From the human T2T-CHM13v2.0 reference genome, Homo sapiens: DNA of 64,000 nt. The translations under genes and the position numbers were made by a program. The stretch lies in NCBI RefSeq assembly GCF_009914755.1, contig NC_060936.1, one strand, 5' to 3'. The notes beneath the pieces are model-generated. The model was given only the letters and a program-made list of their open reading frames with translations, was not told the DNA's origin and did no database searches. Below, one piece after another: positions 1-24,582 of this stretch. Positions within the stretch are counted from its first letter, which is position 1. Each line of letters begins with the position of its first letter.

Positions 1-1736
1 CCCAGCTAATTTTTATATTTTTAGTAGAGGTGGAGTTTTGCTATGTTGCCTAGGCTGGTCTCGAACTCCTGGCCTCAAGTGATCAGCCCACCTCGGCCCC
101 CAAAAATGCTGGGATTACAGGCGTAAGCCACCATGCCCAGCCCCACAGTGATTCTTTAAAATGTCAGTATCACCCCTGTTTCACACAGCTGGAAGTACAT
201 GGAGGAAGGCCTCCAGGAACTCAGCTGACACGCTCCCAGCACCTCCTCAACATTTTCCCAGCCTGTTCCCCATACTGCATACTGAGATGCTCCTGGTCCT
301 CTCTTCCTACTTACTGTTCTACCTGGCCCTTTGGACTTCACCTTGCCACTACACCCCTAGTTATCAGTTTGCTGTCTACACATATAGGATGTTCTTTCAG
401 CTACAAGAAACAGAAATCCCAACAAATAGTGGCCTAAGAGCATAATAATATTTGTTGTTCACTAAACAAGAGGCCAGTCTCAAGGTTAGTTTGGTAATTC
501 AACAATGTAATCAAGAAGGCAGAGTCCACCATGCCTCCTCAGTAAGTCAGCAATGTCTGTCTTTGCGAAGCTCTTGCCTTGAGATCCCCTCATACAACGG
601 CATTCAAGCTGGAATCGAGGGAAGAGAGGCCAAAGGCTTCCACTTCCCTAGCGTTTCTTTTATCAGGAAATAAATTTTTTCCTCATACCCTCAATTGACT
701 ACTTCTGACAATGCACTGGTTAAGTCTGGGCCATGTGCCCAGTCTCCTACCAATACTGGCAAAGGAGAATAAGTCCACTACGATTGGCTTAGACCAATCA
801 TCACTCATCCCATGGGCTGGGAATGTTTTCCTGAACAAAACCGGGGCTCTGTTAGCAGGAAAGAAGGGGAATGGCAGTGGAGTAAGCAATTCAGAGTATC
901 TGTGATGGACTGTGAGTACAAAACCTTATCCTGTCCTGTGTAATCACTTCTCAATTAGCCCTTGGAAGCTCCACCTCACTGCCTTCAGCCCCTATCTTCC
1001 CTACTACTCTTTTGGAAAGTTCTTGGTTTGATTTGTCCTGCATCCTTACGCAAGTCATAGGTAAGTCTATAAGATGTAGACAGTAGTCCTTACAAAAGAA
1101 TTGCCCAGAGAGGGCCCTTGCTTGGATCCGCAAGGCAAGGCTGACTGATGCTATGAGAGATATCAGTGAGGTCTTTTGAACCTCTGTCACTAGTTTTATC
1201 TTATATGTACAGATTTGAGAGTTTAGCTCTTGCTTTTAATCCCTAGAGTCTGTCAAGTGTTGGATTTTATGGGGGTGGATAATATAAACATCAAGGATTA
1301 GGGGAGAACAGTTTGAGGAGGAGCTGAAAGAAAAATAGAGAATGCCAGTGTCTGCAGATGACAGGGCCTTTGTAAGACTCTCTCATTATCATCTCTTTTC
1401 TGTGGTTCATTTCACATTAAAATTTCCATCAGCATTTTGGCATGGATAAACCTTGGCAATGTCTCCTTGAAAAAATAATTATCATGTATTTTTCTTGTTA
1501 AAGCTGAGCAGATTTTTTAAAATGGTTACAGCTCTGGAGTATTCATTAGTAAAATCTACTGGGCTTTTAGATAGTAGGTATCATTAGTGTTCTGTAATGT
1601 AGCTAATTTCATTCACTGACCTCTCTTTGCGTCTATGCTTTTATAGTTCTTTATTCCAATAGTTCTAATTATCATAAATATAAAAGGGGTACACATGTCC
1701 ATTTTTCTTTCTTTCTTTCTTTCTTTTTTTTTTTGA

Positions 1737-1937
<201 letters not shown>

Positions 1938-2134
1938 TGACTTCAGGTGATGCACCCACCTCGGCCTCCCAAAGTGCTGGGATTACAGGCATGAGCCACT
2001 GTGCCTGGTCTACATGTCCATTTTTTAAGAAGTTTTTGCTTCATTCCACCCCCGATGCTGTGTTGCTCTGTCCTTATAAGCATACCCGTTAACCTCGATG
2101 TCCTAGGACTTATCTATTTATTTATTTAATTTGA

Positions 2135-2320
<186 letters not shown>

Positions 2321-2606
2321 TGATCTTGAACTCCCAGGCTCAAGCAGTCTTGCCACCTTGGCCTCCCAAAGTGCTGGGATTGCAGATGTGCCACAGCCCT
2401 GGTCCTAAGATTTATTTTTGATTTGAGAGGAACAAGAGGGCTCGTGACTAATAGGGGCCAACTCTTTCTGGTCCAGTGGGCTTCTTCCTCTATTTTCCCT
2501 AAAATAGATTGTTTATACATTATCCTAAGCCATGTTTACGCCAGGGATTTTCATGTATGCCAAATAACATTTATAAGAAAATTTAAGTTCAGTTGAGAAC
2601 TGCAAA

Positions 2607-2670
2607 TAAAAAGCTTTTAGTTAAAAAGAAAAAAGCTTTTAGTTAAAAAGAAAAAAGCTTTTAGTTAAAA
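2607..2670. repeat. 22-bp minisatellite, ~2.9 copies
   Basis: Unit aagcttttagttaaaaagaaaa starts at 2611, 2633 and 2655 (third copy incomplete). Confidence 0.95.
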
Positions 2671-3400
2671 GGTGACCTCATCTCTCATTCTGCCCATCTT
2701 TCATACCCCTTTCCTGTGTATACACACACGTGCCCTCCCTGCTCTCTGGCCACCCTGGATTCATCATCATTCAGAGGAAAAAGATCTCTGACCTGCATGC
2801 CTTTGCTTATTTTATTCCCTTTGCATATGGGGCCATCTCCACCTCTCTGCCTAGTTATTCCGTCTTATCCTTCAAGGCCCAGTTCAAAAGCCATCTCAGT
2901 GTGAGACCTTTCTAGAACTCACTTCCATCCTGCTTCCTAGGGATATTTCAGCCCTTCCTATTCTCTGTATTCCTATAATAGTTTGAAATAGCTTTCCTCT
3001 AAAGCTTATAATGTCTTAGTCCCTGCCTGTCCTAGCCCTGCCTACTTTTGGCTAGAGTCGACCCTCACCCTGGAGAGTTCTTAGAACCAGGGCACTACCT
3101 TTCATCTCCCTGTTAGCCCTGATACTGCTTAGAGTGCCAGCTGCAGTGCCCCTGGCCATCAGATGGAGTATTTGGGTACCAATATGAGCCCTCATCATCT
3201 AAGTGCATCATGCCTCTTTTGGCATTACAATTGGGACAGCTGGGTACTCTTTAGCCTGATTTGCTCTCTTCTCTCCATTGTCTTTATTGCCAGACTGTGA
3301 ACTCACTGAGTGTGTGAACTAGACTTTACAACTTGGAGATGACAGAAATTTCAATATCTCAAGCAGTGATAGTGAGAAGTGTGTTAAAATCCTCAGTTTA

Positions 3401-3595
<195 letters not shown>

Positions 3596-4083
3596 TCAAA
3601 AAAACAAAAAAAACAAAAAAAAACAAAACAGATGCTCCAATGATTGTTCCCTTGGTGAAGATTTCTTCAAAAACAAGCAGTTCTCAAAAAAGGAAAAACA
3701 AATGGCTTACAAACATCTGAAATTATATTTAACCTCACTCATAATAAGATAAGTACAATTTAAATATATGCTGAGATACCATTTTTTACCAACAAAATAG
3801 GCAAAAAGCAAAAACTTTGTTAACAGGCTGTACTGTTGAGGATATGTAATAATGCATGCTCTTCTGTGAATCTACATGTTCTTTGACCCAACAGCATCAC
3901 TTCTATATATATATATATTTTTTGAGACAGAGTTTTGCTCTGTCACCCAGGCTGGAGTACAGTAGCATAATCATAGCTTACTGCAAACTTGACCTTCCAA
4001 GTTCAAGCAGTCCTCCCACCTCAGCCTCCTGAGTAGCTGAAACCACAGGTGCACTATTTTTTTGTTTTTTGTTTGTTTTTTGA

Positions 4084-4497
<414 letters not shown>

Positions 4498-4612
4498 TGA
4501 GGCCAGACTAGAAATTTATCTTATAGACATGCAGGCATATGTGAAAATCAGCTTACATATTATGTTATTCATGTCTGTATTATTTGTAGTGGAATCAGAG
4601 TAAAACAACTTA

Positions 4613-5891
<1,279 letters not shown>

Positions 5892-6075
5892 GGTTTATCT
5901 ATAATGAAATGAGTAAATAAATTATGGTACATTCACACATTGGAATACTGTGCAGCCAAATATATTGTGAAACTATTTTATGTATTGATATGAGATTATT
6001 TCCCAGCTCTATTATTGGGAGGGGAACAGGAGGCAGAAGTCATGGAGTGTCAGGGGCACATGTGTGGAAGGGAGG

Positions 6076-6430
6076 TAATATGGTTTGGCTCTATGTACCC
6101 ACCCAAATCTCATCTCAAATTGTAATCCCCACGTGTTGAGAGAGGGACCTCGTGGGAGGTGATTGGAACATGGAGGTGGTTTCCCCCTTGCTGTTTTCAT
6201 GATAGTGAGTTCTCACAAGATCTAATGGTTTAAAAGTGTGACTTCCTTTGCTCTCTCTCTCCTGCCATCGTATAAGACACACCTTGCTTCCCTTTCACCT
6301 TCCACCATGATTGTAAGTTTCCTGAGGCTTCCCCAGCCATGCAAAACTGTGAGTCAATTAAACCCCCTTTCTTTATAAATTACCAAATTTCAGGTATGTC
6401 TTTATAGCATTGTGAGAACAGACTAATACA
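6076..6430 (+). mobile_element. MaLR solo LTR (THE1D/MSTA-like)
   Basis: Termini t(a)atatggtttggctc...gactaataca; perfect 5-bp TSD GGAGG. Confidence 0.88.
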
Positions 6431-6734
6431 GGAGGTTTTCACTGTTTAGCCTTTCAAGACTTTGCTTTTTTGACCATATGAATTCATCAAAGCAAACAAA
6501 TAAAATATTTTAAAAAGTATTTGTAACACTAGAACATGATGTCTTTTCCCTAATACCTAGCACAGGGTTTGGCATTTGAAAGTGGTTCACATTTCCTAGA
6601 AAATAGAGGTTATAGCCGGGTGTGGTGGCTCACACCTGTAATCCCAGCACTTTGGGAGGCCGAGGCAGGCAGATCACCTGAGGTCGGGAGTTCGAGACCA
6701 GCCTGACCAACATGGAGAAATCCTGTCTCTACTA

Positions 6735-7190
<456 letters not shown>

Positions 7191-7455
7191 TCACTCATTA
7201 AAGTCCGCTCCTTTTGCCCTTCTGTGATTTCTAATGACTCCTGGAAGCTTCTGGTGAAGGCACAGCCTCCAGGGATCCCAGACAATGTGAATATACAAAG
7301 GTCCCTCTTTGTCAGGCCATGCCCTACACAGGAACTCCTTCTTCTATCACAATGATTGTGGAAACTTGTCAAGTGACTGAGGTTTGGGGGTGGGGATCAG
7401 ATACTACTGAGCAATCTGGTGTGGTACGTAAATGGTTCAATACAACAAGTGCTGA

Positions 7456-7733
<278 letters not shown>

Positions 7734-8358
7734 TGATCCACCCACCTCGGCCTCCCAAAGTGTTGGGATTACAGTCAGGAGCCACCACGCCCGCCCTTTT
7801 GTTGTTGTTTTAATAGACTTTATTTTTCAGAGCAATTTTAAGTTTACAGCAAAATTAAGAAGAAGGTACAGAGATTTCTCATGTACCTTCTAACTCCACA
7901 CAGGTACAGCCTCCCCCACCATCAACATCCTACACTCAAATGGTATATTTGTTACAGTCAATTAAGCTATATCTGCACAGGTGCAGTCAACAAACCAGGT
8001 ATCATTATCAGCCAAACTTAGAAACTTCTGTTTGCTTTTGCTTGTTTAATAACTTGGTTGATTGGTTGGTTAAAATGGTCAAGGCATTTCCTGTAAAATT
8101 ATAAATCTGAGAGTCTATAAGAATTTAACCTATTTAAATTGCCCAAGCCAATAATTATTTTATTGTAGTGCAAGATCATTGTATTCCACTTAAATATATA
8201 CATGGTTATGTTTGTACCTGTTTAATACTTGTGCTTTCAATAAATTAATCTAAAATATGATTGAAGACACTATATGGTCTTTATATGGTGTGAAGGCATA
8301 GAAAGAAGTAAGACATATAATCTTCCTCCTGAAATTATTACAAAATAATACAAACTTA

Positions 8359-8688
<330 letters not shown>

Positions 8689-8955
8689 TCAAAAAAAAAA
8701 AAAAAAAAAAAAAAAAATCAAGATGCGCTCCCTCTGTGAAGCGGTTAACGGCCAAATGAGAAATAGAGATAATAAATACTACAGTGATTGTGCAATTTCT
8801 TTGTACCCGAAGTAGTTGTGGAAGACCTAATGAAGAAGCAACTGAAACTGGACTTGAATTACAAACAAAAACAGAAATGGTGAGGACATTTAGGATGATA
8901 GCCCGGCCTAAGCCCAAGCTCCAAAAACTTGGAACACTATGTATGGACTCTTTTA

Positions 8956-9281
<326 letters not shown>

Positions 9282-9407
9282 CTAGAAAGGTAGGTAGGCA
9301 ATAGATAGTATAAGGCTTTCAAATTATTTGTAAAGAAACTAGAATTTTATACTAAATCAAGGAGAAGTCATTAAAATTTTTAAATAGAATGGTCATATGC
9401 CCTATTA

Positions 9408-9605
<198 letters not shown>

Positions 9606-11115
9606 CTACTCGGGACGCTGAGTTGGGTGGACTGCCTGAGCTCAGGAAATTGAAGCTGCAGCGAGTGGAGATTGTACCACTGTACTCCAGCCTGGGCGAC
9701 AGAGCCATACCCTGTCTCTAAAAGGAAAGAAAGAAAAAAGGAATATTTGGGATACAGATTCTAACAAAATGTCTTTAAAACACTCCTACCTACCACTTGA
9801 CTAAATCAGAAGACATTTTTCCCATGGAAATGTCTGTGGTGAGCAGACCAAAGCCTGAAGGAACTAATTTCCCTGGAGACAGATCTTGTGTATTTCTGGA
9901 GCTTGATAGATTACCAGGGAGCTGTTTATAAATAATAGATTTTCATTCTAGGCTCTCTATATCTTACGCAGCATAAGCAGTTGAAATTCTAGTTAGCTAA
10001 GGGATTCTTAAAGGGAAAGCTCTGAAGTCTGAAGCTAGATTAGGTCAGTAGAAAACCATGAATCACTAGCCACTGAATGGAAGGTGGAGCCTTTATCAGC
10101 AGCATCTCAGAATCAAACCCCAGCACCATAACATCACATCCTCTTCGTTCTGCTATCAGTCAGATGCAACAGGAAACTGACGAAGGTACTAGGCAGTTTC
10201 CTTTCTGCTCTGACCTGACTAGTTTCCTCTGCAGCTTGCTCCAAGCTTATTGTAAAGGAAAATAATGAAATGCCAGTCAATTTCCTCCAGTTGGATTAAG
10301 CCTAGGACAAGGAAGGAAAAACAAATTTCTAAGATTAGTCAGTTTCCCCTTGCAACTATGAAGTTGGTTCAGGGCCTCCGGCTGACCCTTCTCTCAGTAT
10401 TTCCCTCTCAGAGCTCAGCTTTACATCATAGGCAAGATAAAGACTTGGCAAAGTGAACAACACATATTGTGTAATTCTTATAGGAAATCTTGGGTTCATT
10501 CATGGGAAAACCATCTATACAGAAGATTGTGTTTGATAAGCATTGAAGTCTCCTTTGACGTCTAGCAAATTCATTAATTCAAGAGAGTAAAAAACAAAAA
10601 CAAACCAAAAAACCTACTGATAATAGTAATTGGTATACCCAAGCAGCCAGGTTATTTTGCTCCTTTCTCAGTATGACTAACAAGGAGCTGTTTCCATGGA
10701 GAACATTTATACAAAATTAACAAGGGAATCAAGTTAGTTTAGTGAAAGAGACAGGGTTGGACTACTTCGAAGAAGTAGTTATGTCTGTGGTAACCTGGAT
10801 TTTGCTGGGTATTAGAGATGCTATGGCCTGCTGAAAAATATAACTAAGAGTCTGGCATCTGAGGAATCTGACTGGCTTACTTTGTAAAAGTAATTAAACT
10901 TAACAGTGGAAGTTGCCACTTAAAATATCTTCTCAGTGAACTTAGTAATGTGGAGTAACAATACTGTATTGAAATCCACATTGAATGAGAGTTACTAATT
11001 TAGCAGATGGATGATTCTTCTTTATCACCTTCTACTTCCTGTTTCTTCTAATTTACTTACTTTTAATTTTCCCTAGTAAATTTCTGTATCTTCTGTACTT
11101 CATAGCTGTTATTAA

Positions 11116-11300
<185 letters not shown>

Positions 11301-12111
11301 TAGAGGCACGTACCACTATGCCCGGCTAATTTTTGTATTTTTAGTAGAGAAGGGGTTTCACCATGTTGACCAGGCTAATCTTGAATGCCTGGCCTCAAAT
11401 GATCCTCCCACCTCGGCCTCCCAAAGTGCTAGGATTACAGGTATGGGCCACCGCGTCCGGCCTATTTTTAATATTTATACTGTAGAAACTCCTCTAGCTA
11501 AGCCATACATTGTAATTGCTGAAATTAATAGTGTAATAAAAAACAAGAAAACAAGTGTATGGAGCTTTAGAATACGAAGAGTTGATAAACAGACTGTGAG
11601 AATAAATAGGCAAGAATTCAAGGTTTCACTTTAATGGCATTTGGAGCAGCCACTGTAATAGACATCTGACAAGTAACAGATGTGTGGGGGCTGTGACATT
11701 CTCCTTTTTTTTTTTTTTTTTTTTTTTTTTTTGGTTAAGGACTAATTATCTATTACTTTACAGACTTGCTAATATACTGTGGAGCTCCTAAAACAGCTTG
11801 GTTGATCAACCAGCAGTAGCATTATTAAACTAACAAACAAAAGAACTTGTACATGGATAAAGGTCTAATAATCTTTATTAAGGGATCTGTAGCCCTTTTT
11901 GTAACATTTACAAGAAGAATTTACCTTGTATTTTCAAAGATATATCACATATCTGAGGAAGTTAAAATAGCCCCCCCCCTTTTTTTTTTACTTAATTAGC
12001 CTGAATCAGTAAAATGGTTTCCATGATCATCACTCCTCAACACAATTATGTCCCATTTTAATAGTGGGTTCTGGGTGAATTTGCCTTGATCAAATTTGAG
12101 GACAAAAATAG

Positions 12112-12360
<249 letters not shown>

Positions 12361-12770
12361 TGATCTGCCCACCTTGGCCTCCCAAAGTGCTGGGATTACA
12401 GGCATGAGCCACTGCTCCTGGCCAAGATTAATTTAATGTAGGCAAAATTTCAGCTGATCTTATATATCCAGTCAATTCAAAATATTTACCTTTTCAGAGT
12501 AAGCTATGAATATTTTATAACATATGCTTTAATAGGCCTATAAAAATTATGAAAATGTCTTGGGTTTGCTTTGCTCCTACCTCCCCTGCCCTGTTCCTTA
12601 TGTGTTGACGCCAAGGGTGCTCCTTAATAAACATCCTGCAAGCTATAAACTCTGTCTCAGTGCCTGCTTCCCAATGAATTCAGTCTACTACAGTGACTCT
12701 GTTTAAAAGCAGCAGTGACCACCTGGACTGTGAGTCACAGGAAAAGGATGGAGAATCGCATGTCATATGA

Positions 12771-13278
<508 letters not shown>

Positions 13279-13461
13279 TAGTTTTAATAGATAGTTATTA
13301 AATTGCAGTTTAATTTGTTAATCTATGGATTAATGTATTATCTCCCATAGGGGGCAAACTTTACTAATATTATGGAAAAAATAACTCAAAAAGTGACATA
13401 ACTGTTATTACTACTGCAGAATGTGGAGACAGTGTTTGGGGACAGGTAAATCCTTCAGTAG

Positions 13462-13778
<317 letters not shown>

Positions 13779-13904
13779 TAGCTTTTAATTGCACAATGTA
13801 GTCAACCATTTCATTTACCTATGCATGGGACTAGTCCATGAAAGTTAATAATGTTAATGGTGGTAAATGGTGTAGTACAATACTAAAGAATATCGGCTTT
13901 GACA

Positions 13905-17905
<4,001 letters not shown>

Positions 17906-17912
17906 CCATCAT

Positions 17913-17978
17913 ATTTCCTCCACATATAAAAAGTAATGTAGTACAGAAGCTACATTTTTTTTTATATGTGGAGGAAAT
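17913..17978. repeat. Inverted repeat, 29-bp arms, 8-nt loop
   Basis: atttcctccacatataaaaagtaatgtag / ctacatttttttttatatgtggaggaaat; 27 of 29 positions are Watson-Crick pairs. Confidence 0.93.
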
Positions 17979-18082
17979 CTGAGCTTGAGATGAAGGAGAA
18001 AATCAACCAGTTAGCCATCTTCAAGTTTCTAATAACAGCTAGAATAATGACCCCCATTTGTTGAGTTCCTACTTAATATGCT

Positions 18083-18084
<2 letters not shown>

Positions 18085-18120
<36 letters not shown>
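18085..18120. repeat. (AT)18 microsatellite
   Basis: Uninterrupted AT run. Confidence 0.97.
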
Positions 18121-18123
<3 letters not shown>

Positions 18124-18211
18124 GTTAAAATGATTTTTACAACAACAGTATATTACAAATTGTAAAACTGAAGTTTAGCTAGTGGTCACATAGGTAGAAA
18201 GGAGTTGAACG

Positions 18212-18528
18212 TGGAACATGGATGGAGCTGGAGGCCGCTATCCTTAGCAAACTACTGCAGGAACAGAAAACCAAATGCTGCATGTTCTTACTTATAAGTG
18301 GAAGCTAAATGATGAGAACTCATGAACACAAAGAGGGGAACAACAGACGCTGGGGTCTCCTTGAGGGTGGAAGGTGGGAGGAGGAAGAGAAACAGAAAAA
18401 AATAACTATTGGGTACTAGGCTTAATACCAGGGTGATGAAATAATCTATACAACAAACACTCATGACATGAGTTTACCTGTGTAACAAACCTTCACATGT
18501 ACCCCTGAATTAAAAGTAAAAAAAAAAA
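18212..18528 (+). mobile_element. Separate short L1 3' end with A-tail
   Basis: acatggatggagctggaggcc...cacatgtacccctgaattaaaagtaaaaaaaa. Confidence 0.85.
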
Positions 18529-20000
18529 GCAACTAGTTCTTCTTTCATAGACATTAATTTGTAGGGTCAATATTTCAAACCTTAACTCAGAATACACTCA
18601 GGAAGGAGTTGATGAATGGATGAATATAAATAAATTTCAGTTATAGAGGCCACTTAGCCAAGGTTACTTCTCCTGCCTTCTCCTCTTGTTGAAGTGTGGC
18701 AGGATATTCTCCTTAGCTTGATTTTCACAGTCATGTCCCAGAAAAAGCTTGTCTCACCTTTTGTCATCAAGGAGTGACTCAGATACTGAAGAACAGGGCT
18801 TTATTTCATTGACAGTGGTTTTAAGAGGGGTTAGAGAGATGGATAGATCATCCTTGGAAGCTCTTGATGAACTAGTTTAGCTTTGACCATCCTGGCTGAT
18901 GAGATAATCAGTAATGCAGCTGCTTAATCAATGTAGAATCAGAAAAGTTCTTGCTCTAAAGATACCATTATCTTGAAGTTGTTCTGAATTATATTAATAT
19001 GTTTTAATATTTTTTATACATATGTATAGATCCATAAACAATAATGGGCTGTCTTGCATTTTAAATTTTAAGTGGTATAATTTTCTATGCATTATTCTGC
19101 AACATTATGTTTTGAGGTTTGTCCATGTTGATAGATCTCTCTTGTGTGTTTGTCTATTTATTGTTTTTCTGGAGTCCATATTATGAATACATTGATTTCA
19201 ATGTTAAGATTAAGTTTGGCCAAAGATGACTGAAAAAAACAAAATAACAGTGTTGATAAGAAAATTTTCTCTCTCTTGTGTGTATGTCTAAAGATGGTTT
19301 TCTTTTCTTTGTTTTTTTTTTTGAGCTGGAGTCTAGCTCTGTCGCTCAGGCTGGAGTGCAGTGGTGCGATCTCAGATCTCGGCTCACTGCAACCTCCGCC
19401 TCCCAGGTTAAAGTGATTCTCCTGCCTCAGCCTCCCAAGTAGCTGGGATTACAGGCATTTGCCACCACACCTGGCTAATTTTTGTATTTTTAGTAGAGAC
19501 GGGGTTTCTCCATGTTGGCCGGGCTGGTCCTGAACTTCTGGCCTCAAGTGATCTGTCCGCTTCAGGCTCCCGAAGTGGTGGGATTACAGGTGTGAGCCAC
19601 CATGCCTGGCCTAAAGATGGTTTTCCAGGGATGGTATGGAGTGTCCTAAGTTTAGGGACCCTAGCTTCCTCAATCTTGTTACTCCACTGTGCATAGGCCT
19701 TTATGTACAAAGTCACCTCAAAATTCAAGGTGGTCATTCCACCTCTAGTGAACACATCTGCATTACTACAGTACAAGGGAGAAAGGGAAGAAGCCTCATT
19801 CCCCCATTTTGCTTACACCAATTGGTGAAAACTTAATCACATTATCAGCTATAATTATCAGCTATAAAGGAGAGTGGGAAGAGGAATTTTCATTCTAAGT
19901 GACCACATGCCTCAAATTTGATTGTTCTATTACTGATGAAGAAGGGGAAGGGGAAGTTTAAGAAACAAGTCTCTACCACAATGGATGGACATCTAGGTAA

Positions 20001-20141
<141 letters not shown>

Positions 20142-21264
20142 TGAGTAACTGGGATTACAGGCGCCTGCCACCACGCCCGGCTAATTTTTGTATTTTTAGT
20201 ACAGACAGGGTTTCACCATGTTGGTCAGGCTTGTCTCAAACTTCTGACCTCGTGATCCATTTGCCTCGGCCTCCCAAAGTGCTGGGATTACAGGTGTGAG
20301 CCATTGCGTCCCACCAAATTTCTGCTATTATAAGCAATGCTGTGACAAACATTCATACATATGTCTTCTTGTGTTCACATAGGACAGTTTCTCTAGCAGA
20401 ATATGTTTCTGGTAATTCATGTTTTTAACTGTGCCAGATATTGTAGATATTGTCAATTGTCAATTGCTCTCCAAAATGGTTGTCCCTTTTTTTTTCTTTT
20501 TTTTTGAGACAGGGTCTCCCTCTGTCACCCAGGCTGGAGTGCAGTGGTGTGATTATGGCTCACTGCAGCCTCGACTTCCTAGTCTCAAGTGATCCTCCTG
20601 CCTCAACTTGTTGTGTTGCTGGGACCACAGGCATGTACTACCATGCCTGGCTAATGTTTTTTGTTTTTTGTTTTTTGTTTTTTTTTGTAGAGATGAGGTC
20701 TCACTTTGTTGCCCAGGCTGGTGTACCAATTTTTACTCCAGCCGTATAAAAGTTCTTGTTTTCCCATATATTCCTAACACTTGGTATTAGAGTACTTTTT
20801 TTTAAGTAAGTTAAAATTTTTTTTACAATGTGATGGGATCGTGGGGTGGTGACGTTGGCAAAGGCAGTTTTGGTAGAGTGGTGGAAACTGATGCCAGAGT
20901 GCCTGGGTTGAAAGAGAGTGGGAGAAGGGGAAATGAAACTAGTGGGGTATCAGCTACCCTTTTACTAACCTTAGCCATAGAGGGAAGTGAGAGGTAAACC
21001 ATTAGATGGAATTGGTGGAGCATTTGTGTTACGATTAGAATCCTGGGCTGCTGGGAGTAAGGCAGTAGAGAATGTACCAGAGAAAGAGAGAAAAAGGAAT
21101 TAATAACTGGAGCAAATGTCTGTGGGGTTTACAATTTCAGAGGTGGGGCATTTCCAGGTGATGATGAAATGGACAGAGTGTGAGAGTTGCTAGCTGTTAT
21201 GGAACAATAAAGAAGCTCCTTGAGCCCAAGATGCTTTTCATTTATTTATTTATTTATTTTTTAA

Positions 21265-21471
<207 letters not shown>

Positions 21472-22137
21472 TGAAGTCATCCTCTCCCCTTGCCCTCCCA
21501 AAGTGTTGGGATTATAGGTATGAGCCACCACACCTGGCCCCAAGATGCTTTGAAGCTTCAAGGGAGTTAAGTAGAATTACTCATTCAACAAATATTTTCA
21601 AGCACCTCCTAAGTGTCAGGCATTGTTCTAGAAACTGGAGTTACATGTTGAGTAGAAGAGATAAACACCATTCTCTGTAACAAGAACTGACAGCAAATGT
21701 GTAAACAAACAAGAGAACTTTTTTTTATATATACAGAAAATATAGCTACTAGGAAAATAAAACAGGAAAAGGTGTTGTTTTAGCTAAGATGAGCAGGAGT
21801 GCAGGCTGGATGTTAGGTTGAATGTTACTCTGGTGCCCTTGAGGAGGAGGAACTAGAGACTTCAGTAGCAACAGGCAAATGGCTGGCCAGGTAATTGGGA
21901 ATGGGGTGGAATGACGGCTTTTGCGGATTACAAGGAGGTACATCTGCAGAGGGAATTAAGGACAACCTGGGTGTCCTGGAAGCCCATTTGAGTTGGAAAC
22001 GGTAATGGTGGATTTTCCAGCTCTGATACTTTCTTAGCTGGAGACAATTAAGGAGAGAAGATAGAGGGACAGGCATTAATTAACACGAATTATTGCTTTA
22101 ATCTTGAACTTAGAGCTATGAGCAATGGGCTTTTTAG

Positions 22138-22377
<240 letters not shown>

Positions 22378-22648
22378 TGATCTTCCCACCTTGGCCTCCC
22401 AAAGTGCTGGGATTACAGGCATGAGCCACCGCCCTGGCCTAGAATTTAATTTCTAACATTCTTCTAAATAGAGAGTATTTAGTGTCATTAGCTATTTCTT
22501 CCTTATAACAAGTGATAAAAACTAATCAGCTTATTTTTATTTTTCCTTTTTCTTTCTACATCTCCTTTTGGTCCTGGACAAGAAGGCTATTTTTATTTCT
22601 TTAGAATGTGAAATGTGAAATATTCATTTATCTATTAACAAATTGTGA

Positions 22649-22798
<150 letters not shown>

Positions 22799-22941
22799 TA
22801 AAGTGATTCTCCTGCCTCAGCCTCCCAAGTAGTTGGGATTACAGGTACCCACTACCACGCCTGGCTAATTTTTGTAGTTTTAGTAGAGACAGTGTTTCAC
22901 CATGTTGCCCAGGCTGGTCTGGAACTCCTGACCTCAGGTGA

Positions 22942-23259
<318 letters not shown>

Positions 23260-23322
23260 TGATCTGCCTGCCTCAGCCTCCCAAAGTGCTGGGATTACAG
23301 GCGTGAGCCACTGCGCCCGGCC

Positions 23323-24582
<1,260 letters not shown>

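Noticed and set aside
2607-2670. CRISPR-like direct repeats
   Set aside because: There are no spacers or cas genes and the context is eukaryotic; it is a simple tandem repeat.
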